Of a stretch of 62,322 nt of DNA, positions 36,430 to 45,655 are shown in pieces; the stretch's first letter is position 1, and each line of letters opens with the position of its first letter. Position numbers and translations under genes: made by a program. The notes beneath the pieces were generated by a model. The model ran no database searches. It had not been told where the DNA came from and was given only the letters and a program-made list of their open reading frames with translations. The stretch comes from a virus (taxonomy: Duplodnaviria > Caudoviricetes), in IMG/VR virus record IMGVR_UViG_3300047467_000008, positions 1 through 62,322 of that record. One strand, 5' to 3'.

Positions 36430-37319
36430 CAGACGGCCTCCATCTCGCGCTTGAGATCTTCAATCCGGGTCGCGACCGGGGAAAGCGAGTGGGTGCAGTT
36501 CGGGTGGTAGGGCGGCGCGTTGGAGCTGTCGAAGACCGGCTCGCCGCCGAACTCGCTCGTCGCTCCGTCGAGAGCGATCAGCCGGCCTTCCCACGGTCTG
36601 CATCTGTCGCAAGATCCGGCGGTGAACGAGACGCGCGCCAGCTCGATGCCGTGCGACACCATGCGCGCCATGCCCCCTTGCACGACCGCTTCGCGGGTCT
36701 GCGTGCGGATCGCCATCTCGGCGTAGGTGTCGAGTCTCCACCGCTTGCCGGCCCGGTCGATGAAGCCAGTCCCGCCGTCTCGTACGAGCTCCTGCACCGT
36801 CCGGTCGCGAAGGAGACGCTGCTGAAGGTCAAGTGCTGCGGTGCGAGGCGAACCGTTCGCGCCAAGCACTGCTCGGAGAGCGGCGCGCCGCGTCTCGCGG
36901 GCGTACACGTCCTCGACCTGGCGTCCGATCGTCTGCCGGGTCGCGTCCAGCCGGTCCAGCAGCGACGCCTGGAGCTGCTGCACGGCCTCGAACTGGACGC
37001 CGGCGAACGCTCCGGGGATCTCGGGTGCTCTGATCGACAGCCGGCGGATCTGTGCGAGCGCCCGGTCAGCACCGTCCTGGTAGGCGTCAGCGACGATCTG
37101 GCGGGCGAGCGGCGTGACCTCAGCGCCGAGCTGGTCAAGGACCGCGACGACTGCCGCGAGCTGGAGACGCATCCGGGCGCTGGTCTGGAAGTCGCCGCCA
37201 CGGATGGCCGCTTCGACACGCGCGGCGATCGTCGCCTGGGCGGTTGCGTAGAGGATGTCGAGGTCGCGCAGACGCCGTTCGTAGGCGAGCGTTTCGCGAC
37301 GGTTACTGCGCGTCGCCAT
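36429..37319 (-). CDS. Phage minor capsid protein (gp7/MuF-like)
   Basis: FIDRAGKRWRLDTYAEMAIRT, CDRCRPWEG, HPNCTH. Confidence 0.88.
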   Translation of the reverse strand: MATRSNRRETLAYERRLRDLDILYATAQATIAARVEAAIRGGDFQTSARMRLQLAAVVAVLDQLGAEVTPLARQIVADAYQDGADRALAQIRRLSIRAPEIPGAFAGVQFEAVQQLQASLLDRLDATRQTIGRQVEDVYARETRRAALRAVLGANGSPRTAALDLQQRLLRDRTVQELVRDGGTGFIDRAGKRWRLDTYAEMAIRTQTREAVVQGGMARMVSHGIELARVSFTAGSCDRCRPWEGRLIALDGATSEFGGEPVFDSSNAPPYHPNCTHSLSPVATRIEDLKREMEAV

Positions 37320-37518
37320 GACGGCATCCTGGGCAAGCCCGCTTGTCGTGGTCGGGCTCCGAGTGTTCGCGCCCGTCAAGGGAGTGATGGACGATATGCC
37401 AACCGTCACCAGTGTCCGTCGGGATGTGCTCGACAGTCGGGCCGCACGGGCAGTCGTCACCTTCTACGTCGTGGTCGATGAGGTCGTCGAGAGGGTAGGT
37501 ATGGACGGTCTGGCCCAT
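37303..37518 (-). CDS. Small His/Cys-rich phage protein
   Basis: DLIDHD...CPCGP...IVHHSLDGRE. Confidence 0.7.
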   Translation of the reverse strand: MGQTVHTYPLDDLIDHDVEGDDCPCGPTVEHIPTDTGDGWHIVHHSLDGREHSEPDHDKRACPGCRHGDAQ

Positions 37519-37592
37519 GAGGGTTCTCACTCCGTCTCGCTCCCGTGCCACGACGGGTCGTGCAGCACGTTCGCAAAGTAGCCCTGCACCGC

Positions 37593-38015
37593 TCACGGTC
37601 TCTCGGCGGGCGCGGGCTGCTTGTCGTCGATCTCGACCAGCAGCGAGTCCAGCGTGCCGTCCTGGTCGCGGATCGTGCTCACGACCCGCCACAGGAAGCT
37701 GTCGACGACGAGGTAGGTCGCTTCGCCGGGGCTGTCGGCGATCACCGCGTCCAGGTCAAGGTCGGGGTCCTCGGCGTCGAAGACGCGCACGGTGTCGACG
37801 GTCACGATGACCTCTGCGCCGCCGATGACCTTGGTGGTGCGTTCGCGACGCTGGAAGCACCGCACACTGCCCGACCACACCTCCGACAACGAGCCTGGGT
37901 TCTCGTCGCCCCAAGCGTCCAGGGTGCCCGAGCCGAGCACCCGCGTCAGCGTCGCGTTGGCGAGCTGCCGCTGGGTCGCGTTCATCGTCGCGAGATCACG
38001 CTCGGACAACATCAC
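37593..38015 (-). CDS. Putative head closure protein
   Basis: Position; DAWG motif. Confidence 0.65.
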   Translation of the reverse strand: MMLSERDLATMNATQRQLANATLTRVLGSGTLDAWGDENPGSLSEVWSGSVRCFQRRERTTKVIGGAEVIVTVDTVRVFDAEDPDLDLDAVIADSPGEATYLVVDSFLWRVVSTIRDQDGTLDSLLVEIDDKQPAPAERP

Positions 38016-38413
38016 GCACAGGGCGGCAGATCACAGTCGTGCTCATGCAGCGCACACGGCGCGTCGAAGTCGCCGCGGCGCCTCCGGCAGCTATAGCCGT
38101 CGACACGCTGGACCTGCATGACCGACACGCCGGCGACTCTGGAAGCGCGCTCACGCAGCTGCTGGGCACGCCTCTCGTACGCCTGGGCCTTCTTCGACAC
38201 CTTGAAGCTCTTCTGGTCGAGCGAGTCGAAGTCGAACTCGGCTGCGTACCGGGTCGCGAGGATGTCGCATGCTGCTGCTGCGGCGAGCAGTGGGTTGTCG
38301 CCGTTTTCGAGCAGCAACTGGTCGAGCTCGGCGTCGGTGAACAGCGGGGCTCTGACGTCGGTGTCGCTCAGCTCGAGCCGGACACGGTCACGTGCGGTCA
38401 TCGCCATCGTCAC
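38012..38413 (-). CDS. Putative head-tail adaptor
   Basis: DRVRLELSDTD...LFTDAEL...AAAAAC.ILA. Confidence 0.75.
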   Translation of the reverse strand: MTMAMTARDRVRLELSDTDVRAPLFTDAELDQLLLENGDNPLLAAAAACDILATRYAAEFDFDSLDQKSFKVSKKAQAYERRAQQLRERASRVAGVSVMQVQRVDGYSCRRRRGDFDAPCALHEHDCDLPPCA

Positions 38414-38537
38414 GCACCCCCTCGCTGCCTAGGTAGGACGCTCTCGGGTCCGGTGGCTCGTACGTCGACTTCGACGGATCGGTCGGCTGGGGCGGCTTCG
38501 GGAACGGCGGAGGCCCTCTCCGAGGGATGAACGTCAT
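38388..38537 (-). CDS. 49-aa Pro-rich peptide (not in ORF track)
   Basis: MTFIPRRGPPPFPKPPQPTDP...; ATGA overlap with BppU-like gene stop. Confidence 0.45.
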   Translation of the reverse strand: MTFIPRRGPPPFPKPPQPTDPSKSTYEPPDPRASYLGSEGVRDDGDDRT

Positions 38538-38923
38538 GGCTGCTTGTTCGCGGCGATCGCGAATCTGAAGTAGTCGGCGATCCCGTTCTCGCCGTTTGGA
38601 TAGGTCTCTCTTCTCGTTCTGCCGGCGTCCCAGACGACGTACACCTCGCAGTCGTAGGTGCCGATGTTCGCTCTGGCAGTGTCAGCCGGATCCCACTCGT
38701 AGCGGACGTTCAGCTCAATCTCTCTTCTGTCCTCGTCGAGGCTGATCTCCGGGGGGTCGATTGGTTCGCACGGGCCGGTGATCGTGCCGGCGCCCGACTC
38801 GGCGAACAGCGTCATCTCGTCGGCAGTGGTGAAGTCGATCAGTTGGCCTCTGTGGTCTGTGACGGAAAGACGCAGCGGCGGTTCGGTGTCGCCGACCTTG
38901 AAAACCGGGATCGCGTCAGCCAT
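38534..38923 (-). CDS. BppU N-terminal-like virion protein
   Basis: KVGDT.P.L...D..G..ID.T; VRYEW...DT...G.Y..E..V; ETYP. Confidence 0.75.
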   Translation of the reverse strand: MADAIPVFKVGDTEPPLRLSVTDHRGQLIDFTTADEMTLFAESGAGTITGPCEPIDPPEISLDEDRREIELNVRYEWDPADTARANIGTYDCEVYVVWDAGRTRRETYPNGENGIADYFRFAIAANKQP

Positions 38924-40019
38924 CGGGGGTCACCGCCGTTTCTCGCAGCTCAGGAAGGACGCGTGTCCGGTGGCCCTCGAGCAGCACGATCGTCCGGCGG
39001 GCGTTCGCGGTGACGGTCGTGGTGTGAGGGTCCAGCGTGACGCGTGTCGGAAGGTCCGGCGGCGGGGGCGTCGGATGAAACGCGACGCCGGTCGAGGTAA
39101 CAGTGGCACTGGCCGTCGCGGTTGATGAGCCGAACGCAGCCTTGGTGCCGGTGCTGGTGACCGTCACGTCGGCGCTGACTCTCAGCGAGCCGATGCCGGC
39201 TTTCGTGCCGGTGCTCGATGCCGAGACTGCGACGCTGGTCGAGGACGAGCCGGTCGAGCTCTTCGTGCCGGCGCTGCTCGTGATGGCGTCGAGGCTCATT
39301 GCCGTCGAGCTGGCGGCTGCCTTGGTGCCCGTCGAGGTGCAGGTGACGGCTGCCGACAGCGAGGAGGTCCCTCTGAGATGCGTCCCGGCCTCGTAGTGAG
39401 CGAGCACCTGCCCGGCGCTCAATGCGATGGGGTAGACCGCGACCTCGTCGATCGTGCCGCTGAAGAAGTCCGTTGTGCCAGCGTCTGCGGCGCCGATCCC
39501 GAACGCGATCGAGTTGTTGGTCATCGTCTGGTTCGTGACGGTGCCCGTCACGTCAACGGCGTCGACCCAGAGCTTAATCGTCGCGCCGTCCTTGGTGGCG
39601 ACGACGTGGTAGCGAATCCCTGTCGTCAGTGTGATCGTCGACTTGGCGATGTCGAGGTTGCCGTTGCGACGCAGCAGCAGTCTGTTGTCGGAGTGCACCC
39701 GGAAGATGTAGGCGCCGGAGCCCTTGTCGCCGATGCACTGGTTTCTGCCAAGCGCACTCAGCGTGATCCACGCCTCCAATGTGAATCTGTCGCCGAGATC
39801 GAACGCGGCCCGGTCGGCGAACTGGGCCTTGCCGTTGGTTCTGAAGGTCGCGGCGGTGTCTCTGTCGCCGTTAAGCAAGCCCGCAGCGGCGAGCGTGAAC
39901 GTCCCGGAGTAGGTGCCCGCGGTCCCGCCGATCTCGTCGTTGCAAGTGGTCCCTGACGGCTCGCCGAGGCGCATGTAGGCGCTCGGCGAGTCGGCGAGAA
40001 TGACGTCGCGGTAGGCCAC
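38916..40019 (-). CDS. LamG/concanavalin-like virion protein with S/T-rich stalk
   Basis: ILADSPSAYMRLGE, FTLEAW, YHVVAT.DG, FSGTIDEVAVY..ALS. Confidence 0.88.
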   Translation of the reverse strand: MAYRDVILADSPSAYMRLGEPSGTTCNDEIGGTAGTYSGTFTLAAAGLLNGDRDTAATFRTNGKAQFADRAAFDLGDRFTLEAWITLSALGRNQCIGDKGSGAYIFRVHSDNRLLLRRNGNLDIAKSTITLTTGIRYHVVATKDGATIKLWVDAVDVTGTVTNQTMTNNSIAFGIGAADAGTTDFFSGTIDEVAVYPIALSAGQVLAHYEAGTHLRGTSSLSAAVTCTSTGTKAAASSTAMSLDAITSSAGTKSSTGSSSTSVAVSASSTGTKAGIGSLRVSADVTVTSTGTKAAFGSSTATASATVTSTGVAFHPTPPPPDLPTRVTLDPHTTTVTANARRTIVLLEGHRTRVLPELRETAVTPDG

Positions 40020-40035
40020 CGACGCTCGCCTCCGG

Positions 40036-40638
40036 TTACGCGTTCGACATCAGGTCGAAGTCGACGTCGGTCACCGTGTAGGTGCCCTGGCCAACGAACG
40101 TCTCTGGCCCGACCGGAGGCAGGTTGACCGAGAGCAGCATGCCAGCGGTCGACGCGGAGTGGTAGGTGTGGTAGTCGGCTCTGCTGCCGGCAGGCATGTC
40201 GATCACGGCCCCGTTGGTGGAGTCGTCCATCGCCCCTCCGACCGGAGTGTTGAACGCGATCGCCTTGCGGGCATACGCCGGCGAGCCGCCGGTCAGCTCG
40301 ACGATGCGGGTCACGGTGCCGGCGCTCAGGTCGGCCGTGAAGTCGACCGCGGTCCCACCTGCGACGAGCGCCAGCTTGTACGTGTGCGTGGTTGAGTCGC
40401 GGACGTAGTAGATGCGTGAGGCGACGAGCCCGGTCCCTCCCGTGAGAGCGGACAGCAAGACCACGTCGCCGTCTGAGTAGCCGTGCGACGTGGTAGTCAG
40501 CACGTCGGTCGACGCGACCCCGGTGACGGCTCTGCCCGCGTCAGCCTGAAAGATCCCGACGTGAGTGATCGGCGTCGTCGGGTTGGTGCCCTTCAACGCC
40601 GCCAACATCAGGTTCTTCGCGTCAGTCGACAGCGGCAC
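40036..40638 (-). CDS. Virion structural protein
   Basis: AKNLML..., HG.SDGD.V insert, ELTGGSPAYARKAI. Confidence 0.75.
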   Translation of the reverse strand: MPLSTDAKNLMLAALKGTNPTTPITHVGIFQADAGRAVTGVASTDVLTTTSHGYSDGDVVLLSALTGGTGLVASRIYYVRDSTTHTYKLALVAGGTAVDFTADLSAGTVTRIVELTGGSPAYARKAIAFNTPVGGAMDDSTNGAVIDMPAGSRADYHTYHSASTAGMLLSVNLPPVGPETFVGQGTYTVTDVDFDLMSNA

Positions 40639-40640
40639 GA

Positions 40641-41087
40641 TCAGCCTCCGTACTTGACGTAGAGCAGCGACGGGGCGCCGAAGTCGCTGTTCGCGCCCAG
40701 CCCGATCGTCGAGGTTCTGATCCGGTAGCCCGACGGCAAGATCAACCCCGAAGGCAGCGGCGCGGTTGCGTGCACGTTCGTCGTCGCACCGACCTTGTCG
40801 GTCAGCGGCAGGCCGACCCCCCACGTGTACCGGCATGTCGTCGAGACGGCTTGCGCGGTCGTACAGCCGAAGCCCTCCCAGACGACATCGGTGCCGTCGT
40901 CGATCACGAGGATCGGCTGTGGCGTCTGGGTCGCGCCCTGGACGAGCAGGACCGACAGCGAGAGCAGCAGCCACGTCTCGCCGGCGGCGACGGTCTCTCT
41001 GATCTCGGTGTTCGCGGCCGGGTCGGTGCCGTTGGCCTGGATCAGGCCGTGGCAGATGCCGAGGGTCCGCTCGATGCCGGGGATCAC
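40641..41087 (-). CDS. Phage hypothetical (probable virion) protein
   Basis: Beta-rich coupled ORF. Confidence 0.7.
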   Translation of the reverse strand: MIPGIERTLGICHGLIQANGTDPAANTEIRETVAAGETWLLLSLSVLLVQGATQTPQPILVIDDGTDVVWEGFGCTTAQAVSTTCRYTWGVGLPLTDKVGATTNVHATAPLPSGLILPSGYRIRTSTIGLGANSDFGAPSLLYVKYGG

Positions 41088-41485
41088 GGCAGGTTCCGGT
41101 AGGCGTAGTCGCCGTCGCGGACCGCTCCCGACTGGTCGCAGCGGACCGAGCCGACGTAGACCATCAGGCCGGAGAACGGGTCCTCCCAGTCGCCACGGGA
41201 GGAGAAGTTCGTGATTGGCAGGCACTCGCGGCCGTCGACCACCTCGGGCTCCTGGGCAGGCTCGGGTTCGTTGGCCCAGACGACGACGCCTGCGGGCTCG
41301 GGCTCAGCGTCCGTCTCGGGGTGGGCGGTCGTCTCGTCCTGCACGTCGGCGGTCGTCTCGGCCGGCTCGGCCTCCGCCTCGTGGTCGGCGATCAGCTTCA
41401 GCAGGTCGTCCGTCGACTTGTTCGCTGGGATCCCCAGCTCCTTCGCACGAGCCTGAACCTCCGCGCGCGTCGTTACGTCACTCAT
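41084..41485 (-). CDS. Phage protein with Rho-N/HeH-like N-terminus
   Basis: TRAEVQARAKELGI....TDDLLKLI. Confidence 0.7.
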   Translation of the reverse strand: MSDVTTRAEVQARAKELGIPANKSTDDLLKLIADHEAEAEPAETTADVQDETTAHPETDAEPEPAGVVVWANEPEPAQEPEVVDGRECLPITNFSSRGDWEDPFSGLMVYVGSVRCDQSGAVRDGDYAYRNLP

Positions 41486-41676
41486 GCCGCCCTCTCCTGT
41501 CCGAAGATTCGTTCCCACGCATCGGCGGGGATCACGATGCCGCGGTTGCGGCTGGTGCGCCGGAGCGACTCGCGTTCTTCTCTGAACGCGAGTCGCTCCT
41601 GACGCTCCTGTGCCTGAGCGGCGCCTACACCGGTGTCGGGGTAGCGCCGCTCATAGGCGGCGGCCAGGTCGGCCAC
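41482..41676 (-). CDS. Phage hypothetical protein
   Basis: Coupled ORF. Confidence 0.55.
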   Translation of the reverse strand: MADLAAAYERRYPDTGVGAAQAQERQERLAFREERESLRRTSRNRGIVIPADAWERIFGQERAA

Positions 41677-41964
41677 CTACCGGGTCCCCCACGCGAGGTA
41701 GGAGAGAGTTGTGTCCTCTGTTGCGGCGGTCGCGTCGTCCTGCCAGATCGACAGGGTCAACGTCCCGCCGGATGCGGACCACGACGTCGCGAAGACATCG
41801 CCGACCGAGGCGCCGGGCGCCTCCCCGAGCGACACGACGCACCCGTCGACTCTGGCGAGCCCGGTGGCGACGTCGACCGTCGCCCCCGTGCACTCGACGG
41901 TGCCGAACTTCAGCACCTTCCCGTCGATCGCCAGCTCGCCACGGAAGTTCGTCGGCTTCGCCAT
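41677..41964 (-). CDS. Small virion protein downstream of capsid gene
   Basis: RBS AGGAGG; VATGL...SYLAWG. Confidence 0.75.
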   Translation of the reverse strand: MAKPTNFRGELAIDGKVLKFGTVECTGATVDVATGLARVDGCVVSLGEAPGASVGDVFATSWSASGGTLTLSIWQDDATAATEDTTLSYLAWGTR

Positions 41965-41973
41965 GACGACCTC

Positions 41974-42912
41974 CTAGGACGGGTTCTGGCCGTAGATCCA
42001 CGCCCAGTCGCGCCACCCGTACGAGTAGCGCATGTAGGCGTTGAACTTGGCCGTGAACGTGTCGAAGTCGGAATCTCTCCCGAACTCCAACGGGATCCGG
42101 TCGAACCACAGCAGGCTGCGGTTGCGGCGGGCGCTGTCGATCATGAACCAGGCGTTCGCGTCCGTCAGGTAGTGCCACACGAGGTAGCGGAACCGACCGC
42201 GCTGCGGGTTGACCGCGTTGTTCGCCGAGTCCGGCTCGAGCGGCGACATGCCAGCGGCAATCGCCACGTCCTCGAGCTCCGGGGGGAGCAGGACGAGGTC
42301 GGGCATGACGTTCATCAGGTCGCCGCGGTCGTCCGTGAGCGCCATGTGCAGCTGCCGCGTCGCGCCGAGGTTCTCGGCCGTCAGCGCCAGCGTGCTCTCG
42401 TTGCTCTGCGTGACCGACGGATCGTCCGTGGAGAGCGGATGGGCCGTCGAGCACAGACCGACAGCGTCGGGGCCGGCGATCGGCATGCCGTCGTCGTTGA
42501 CGCCGGAGTCCGTGAACGCGTTGATGAAGACGCTCGCGGCGCCCTTCTCGCGCTTGCGGAACGCCGCATCACCGAGGCCGCGAGCGTCGTCGTCGAAGAC
42601 GCCGCTGTTGTTGTCGTCGACGAACTTGCGCTCGGCGAGGAAGCCCTTGGCGAACTCGACGTGCGTGAAGCGCTTCAGGAAGCCCTTCGCGCGCTCGTCG
42701 TACTGGACGCGGCCGGTGTCCTCGAAGTTCCAGCCGTCGGACCCGAAGACGCCGACGCCGAGGTACTCCTCGAAGCCTCTTCTACCGGCGGGCGGTCTCC
42801 CGTACACCTGGTCGATCAGGCTGGCGCGGCGTCCGTCGTCGGAGAACCCGAGATAGAACGCCTCGGTCAGCTGAGGCGTGAGCAGCTCCGCGAAATGGGA
42901 GGAACGCTCCAT
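41974..42912 (-). CDS. Major capsid protein (Mu gpT-like)
   Basis: FAELL.P.L, THVEFAKGF, LLPPELE, YLTDANAWF, RYSYGWRDW...G. Confidence 0.9.
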   Translation of the reverse strand: MERSSHFAELLTPQLTEAFYLGFSDDGRRASLIDQVYGRPPAGRRGFEEYLGVGVFGSDGWNFEDTGRVQYDERAKGFLKRFTHVEFAKGFLAERKFVDDNNSGVFDDDARGLGDAAFRKREKGAASVFINAFTDSGVNDDGMPIAGPDAVGLCSTAHPLSTDDPSVTQSNESTLALTAENLGATRQLHMALTDDRGDLMNVMPDLVLLPPELEDVAIAAGMSPLEPDSANNAVNPQRGRFRYLVWHYLTDANAWFMIDSARRNRSLLWFDRIPLEFGRDSDFDTFTAKFNAYMRYSYGWRDWAWIYGQNPS

Positions 42913-42925
42913 GTGTCATCCCCCC

Positions 42926-43342
42926 TTACTGGGCCTTGCGGAACGCGTGAGCGTCCGCGTTGATGCGAACGAGCGTCAGCTCGGTCGCGCTGGACTCGCG
43001 GGCCACGACGAACTCCTTGTTCGAGGATGTCGTGACGCCCTGGGCACCGGTCGACCCGGCGATGTCGAGTGTGTCGCCGACTCTGCGAGCGTTGTTGTCG
43101 ACGACGCTGTAGACGGCGTCCTCGTCCACGATGACCTCGAACCGGGTCGTGGAATCCACGCCGACTCTGGTCTCCTGGATGACGCCGAGCAGGTTGTCGT
43201 CTCTGGTGGCGCCGAGATCAATCTCGCCGCTCTCGAGGTTCGCGATATCCCCACGAGTGAGGGTCTCGCTGTCCTTCGAGAGCAGCTTGATGACCGTGGG
43301 CGTGCCTCCGCTCTCGCGGAACGCGTACTTGAACCCGGCCAT
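42926..43342 (-). CDS. Putative head decoration protein
   Basis: Between scaffold and capsid genes; beta-rich. Confidence 0.75.
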   Translation of the reverse strand: MAGFKYAFRESGGTPTVIKLLSKDSETLTRGDIANLESGEIDLGATRDDNLLGVIQETRVGVDSTTRFEVIVDEDAVYSVVDNNARRVGDTLDIAGSTGAQGVTTSSNKEFVVARESSATELTLVRINADAHAFRKAQ

Positions 43343-43397
43343 GTGGCTGGTCTCCTTGTTCGTCCTAGGGGACCACGGCCAGCGGCCGGGTCCTGGG

Positions 43398-44084
43398 CTA
43401 CTGCTGGGCCGCCGCCCGGAGCTTCAGCCAGTCCTGAAGGGACGCACCCTCTCTGAGGGCTGCGAACCGCTCCGGTGTCATGCCGGCCTTTTCGGCGTGC
43501 TCCAGCTCGTCGGCGGTGAGGATCGGCGGTGAGGCCGGTCTTGCTCCCGCTCCGGCGTCAGCGCCGCGCGGGGTGGGCGGAGGCTCCGGTGTCGGCTCGG
43601 TGCGGAACGGCGCTTCGCCGTACGTCTCTTGGGCGCGCTGGAGCGCGTCGTCGAGGTTCGTCGGCCTGTGCGTCGTGTCGTCGTACTCGACTCCGTCGAG
43701 AAGTCGCAGGGCTGCCATCGCGGTCGCCCCGGCGATTCTTCTGTCGGCGAGCGCTGTCAGCAGCCGCGCTTCCCGAGCCAGTTCGACTCCGGTAGCGAGG
43801 GCCTCGGCGCCTACCTGCGCAGCTCTTTGGAGACGCTCTGTCTCCGTGAGCTGAGCCTCCTCGTACTCTCTGAGCCGAGCTTGAGCTTCGCGCTCGCGTC
43901 TCTCGGCTGCGTCGCGTCTGTCGCGCTCGTCCTGAAGCGCTCTCAGGCCGTTGGGGCCAAGCGGCTGGTCCTCCGGCGGGGTGGCGGCGGGCTCGGGCTC
44001 CGGCTCGGCCGGCGGTGCCAGCGTGGGCTCGGGCTCCGGCTCAGCGCCGGGTTCGTCGGGTCTCGGCATGTCGGGTCTCGGCAT
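43398..44084 (-). CDS. Capsid scaffolding protein
   Basis: P/E-rich N-terminus, LGPNGLRALQDER coiled coil. Confidence 0.85.
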   Translation of the reverse strand: MPRPDMPRPDEPGAEPEPEPTLAPPAEPEPEPAATPPEDQPLGPNGLRALQDERDRRDAAERREREAQARLREYEEAQLTETERLQRAAQVGAEALATGVELAREARLLTALADRRIAGATAMAALRLLDGVEYDDTTHRPTNLDDALQRAQETYGEAPFRTEPTPEPPPTPRGADAGAGARPASPPILTADELEHAEKAGMTPERFAALREGASLQDWLKLRAAAQQ

Positions 44085-44148
44085 CGCGCCGGTCTCCTTC
44101 GTGTTGTGGCCCGGTCAGGCGTCGCGCCCGGGTGGGCCGGTGAAGTTG

Positions 44149-45651
44149 TTAGGCCGCGGGAACTGCCGGCGGCGGCTGCTCGTCGAGACGGTCGGGCTCG
44201 GGCACGTCGGGCATCCGGGCCTGTGCGTCATCGACCTCTCTTGCGACCAGTTTTGCTTGCTCGTCGGGGTCGTAGCCGCGCTGTCGAAGCGCGGTCGTCT
44301 TGGACAGGCCGAGCCCGTCGACCTCGAGCGCGAGGACGGTGACCTCGTTGAGGTCGTTGCGGGTCTCGATCGGCTCCCATCTGACCTTGATGACGGCCGT
44401 TTCGTCGAACGGCGGCGCCTTGTGCGGACCGGAGCCCCATGCGGCGGAGAGTCGCCAGCTGCAACGGGCGGTGTCCTCCCAACTGTTGCCGGTCGGCTCC
44501 CAGCGGCGCTGTCCGGCGGCGACCTTCGCGCCCTCGGCCGTCTTGAGTGCCTCACCGGCTGGGAACTCGCCGACGATCAGGTCGTGGAGCGGGGTCGCGG
44601 ATCTCGCGGAGATGCGCTTGAGCGTGCCCTCCGTGATGCCCTGGAGGGGGAGCGGGTTCGCGGGGGTGAACTCGCCGAAGTTCGCGCCGTCTGGGCCTGA
44701 CAGCAGCTCGCCGATCGCGACCTCGAGGTCAGCGTCTGGGCCAAGCCCTGTGCCCCAGCGTTGCGGCCAGCCCTGCTTGTCCATCACCTCGAACAGGTCG
44801 AGGATCTGCTTCGTCAGCCCATCTTGCTGCGGGATGACGTTGCGCAGGATGCTGCGGCCGTTCTCCTTGCCGAGCGCGGCGTGACGGAAGTGGATCGTGT
44901 TCAGACCGAGCGGCTCGCCGCCGACACGTCCGGTCGTTGTCCACGGCACCGGCCACGTCGGGCTCCCCTTCTCATCGAAGTCGTCCGGGTCGACGTACGG
45001 CGCCCACGTCGAGTCCTGCCCCTTCGACGGCGTGAACCACTTCTCGATGCGGTCCGGCCAGTAGATGTTCAGCCGACGGATCTTGTCGCCGCGAGGGTTC
45101 TGCGGCGAGGTTCGCTCGTCGTCCCACACCTTCGAGAGGTACTGCAACCGGCCGTTGCTGTCGTAGAACGCGCGCGCAACCAGCGGATGGTTGAAGTACG
45201 GCACGGGGCGGGCGGTGGCTCGGTCCCAGTCGACGATCACGATCGCGTCGCCGAGCAGCAGCATGTTGTGGTGGACGGTGTCTTGAAGCTCGGCGAGCCG
45301 GCCGCGTCCCCACCAGTCGTTGTTCAGCCAGGCGGTCGCGGCCTCGTTGTCTTCGACCTCGAACGCCTGGACTCGGAGGGCGGACGCGTGCGTGTCCGTC
45401 ACGGTGTTGCAGAAGTTCTCCGCGAACGGCAGCCCGGACGCTTCGAGGTACTGCTTCGCACGACCGTCGAGCGCGCACTTCTGGTCTCCGTCGTAGTACT
45501 CCTCGTACAGCGTGTAGAGGTCGTAGCGGCGGTCGGATCGGTCGGACGCGTCGCGGAGAAAGTCCTGTTGGTCGGCGGCGAGCTGGGCCATCGACGGGGT
45601 CTGGTCGCCGAACACCTGTCCGAGGTGTCTGACTGCGGTGGTGATCGCCAC
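44149..45651 (-). CDS. Portal protein (SPP1 gp6-like)
   Basis: YYDGDQ, NFC..V, GRS.L..VIPQQD, WPQRW.TG, GEALKTAE. Confidence 0.92.
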   Translation of the reverse strand: MAITTAVRHLGQVFGDQTPSMAQLAADQQDFLRDASDRSDRRYDLYTLYEEYYDGDQKCALDGRAKQYLEASGLPFAENFCNTVTDTHASALRVQAFEVEDNEAATAWLNNDWWGRGRLAELQDTVHHNMLLLGDAIVIVDWDRATARPVPYFNHPLVARAFYDSNGRLQYLSKVWDDERTSPQNPRGDKIRRLNIYWPDRIEKWFTPSKGQDSTWAPYVDPDDFDEKGSPTWPVPWTTTGRVGGEPLGLNTIHFRHAALGKENGRSILRNVIPQQDGLTKQILDLFEVMDKQGWPQRWGTGLGPDADLEVAIGELLSGPDGANFGEFTPANPLPLQGITEGTLKRISARSATPLHDLIVGEFPAGEALKTAEGAKVAAGQRRWEPTGNSWEDTARCSWRLSAAWGSGPHKAPPFDETAVIKVRWEPIETRNDLNEVTVLALEVDGLGLSKTTALRQRGYDPDEQAKLVAREVDDAQARMPDVPEPDRLDEQPPPAVPAA

Positions 45652-45655
45652 GCGG

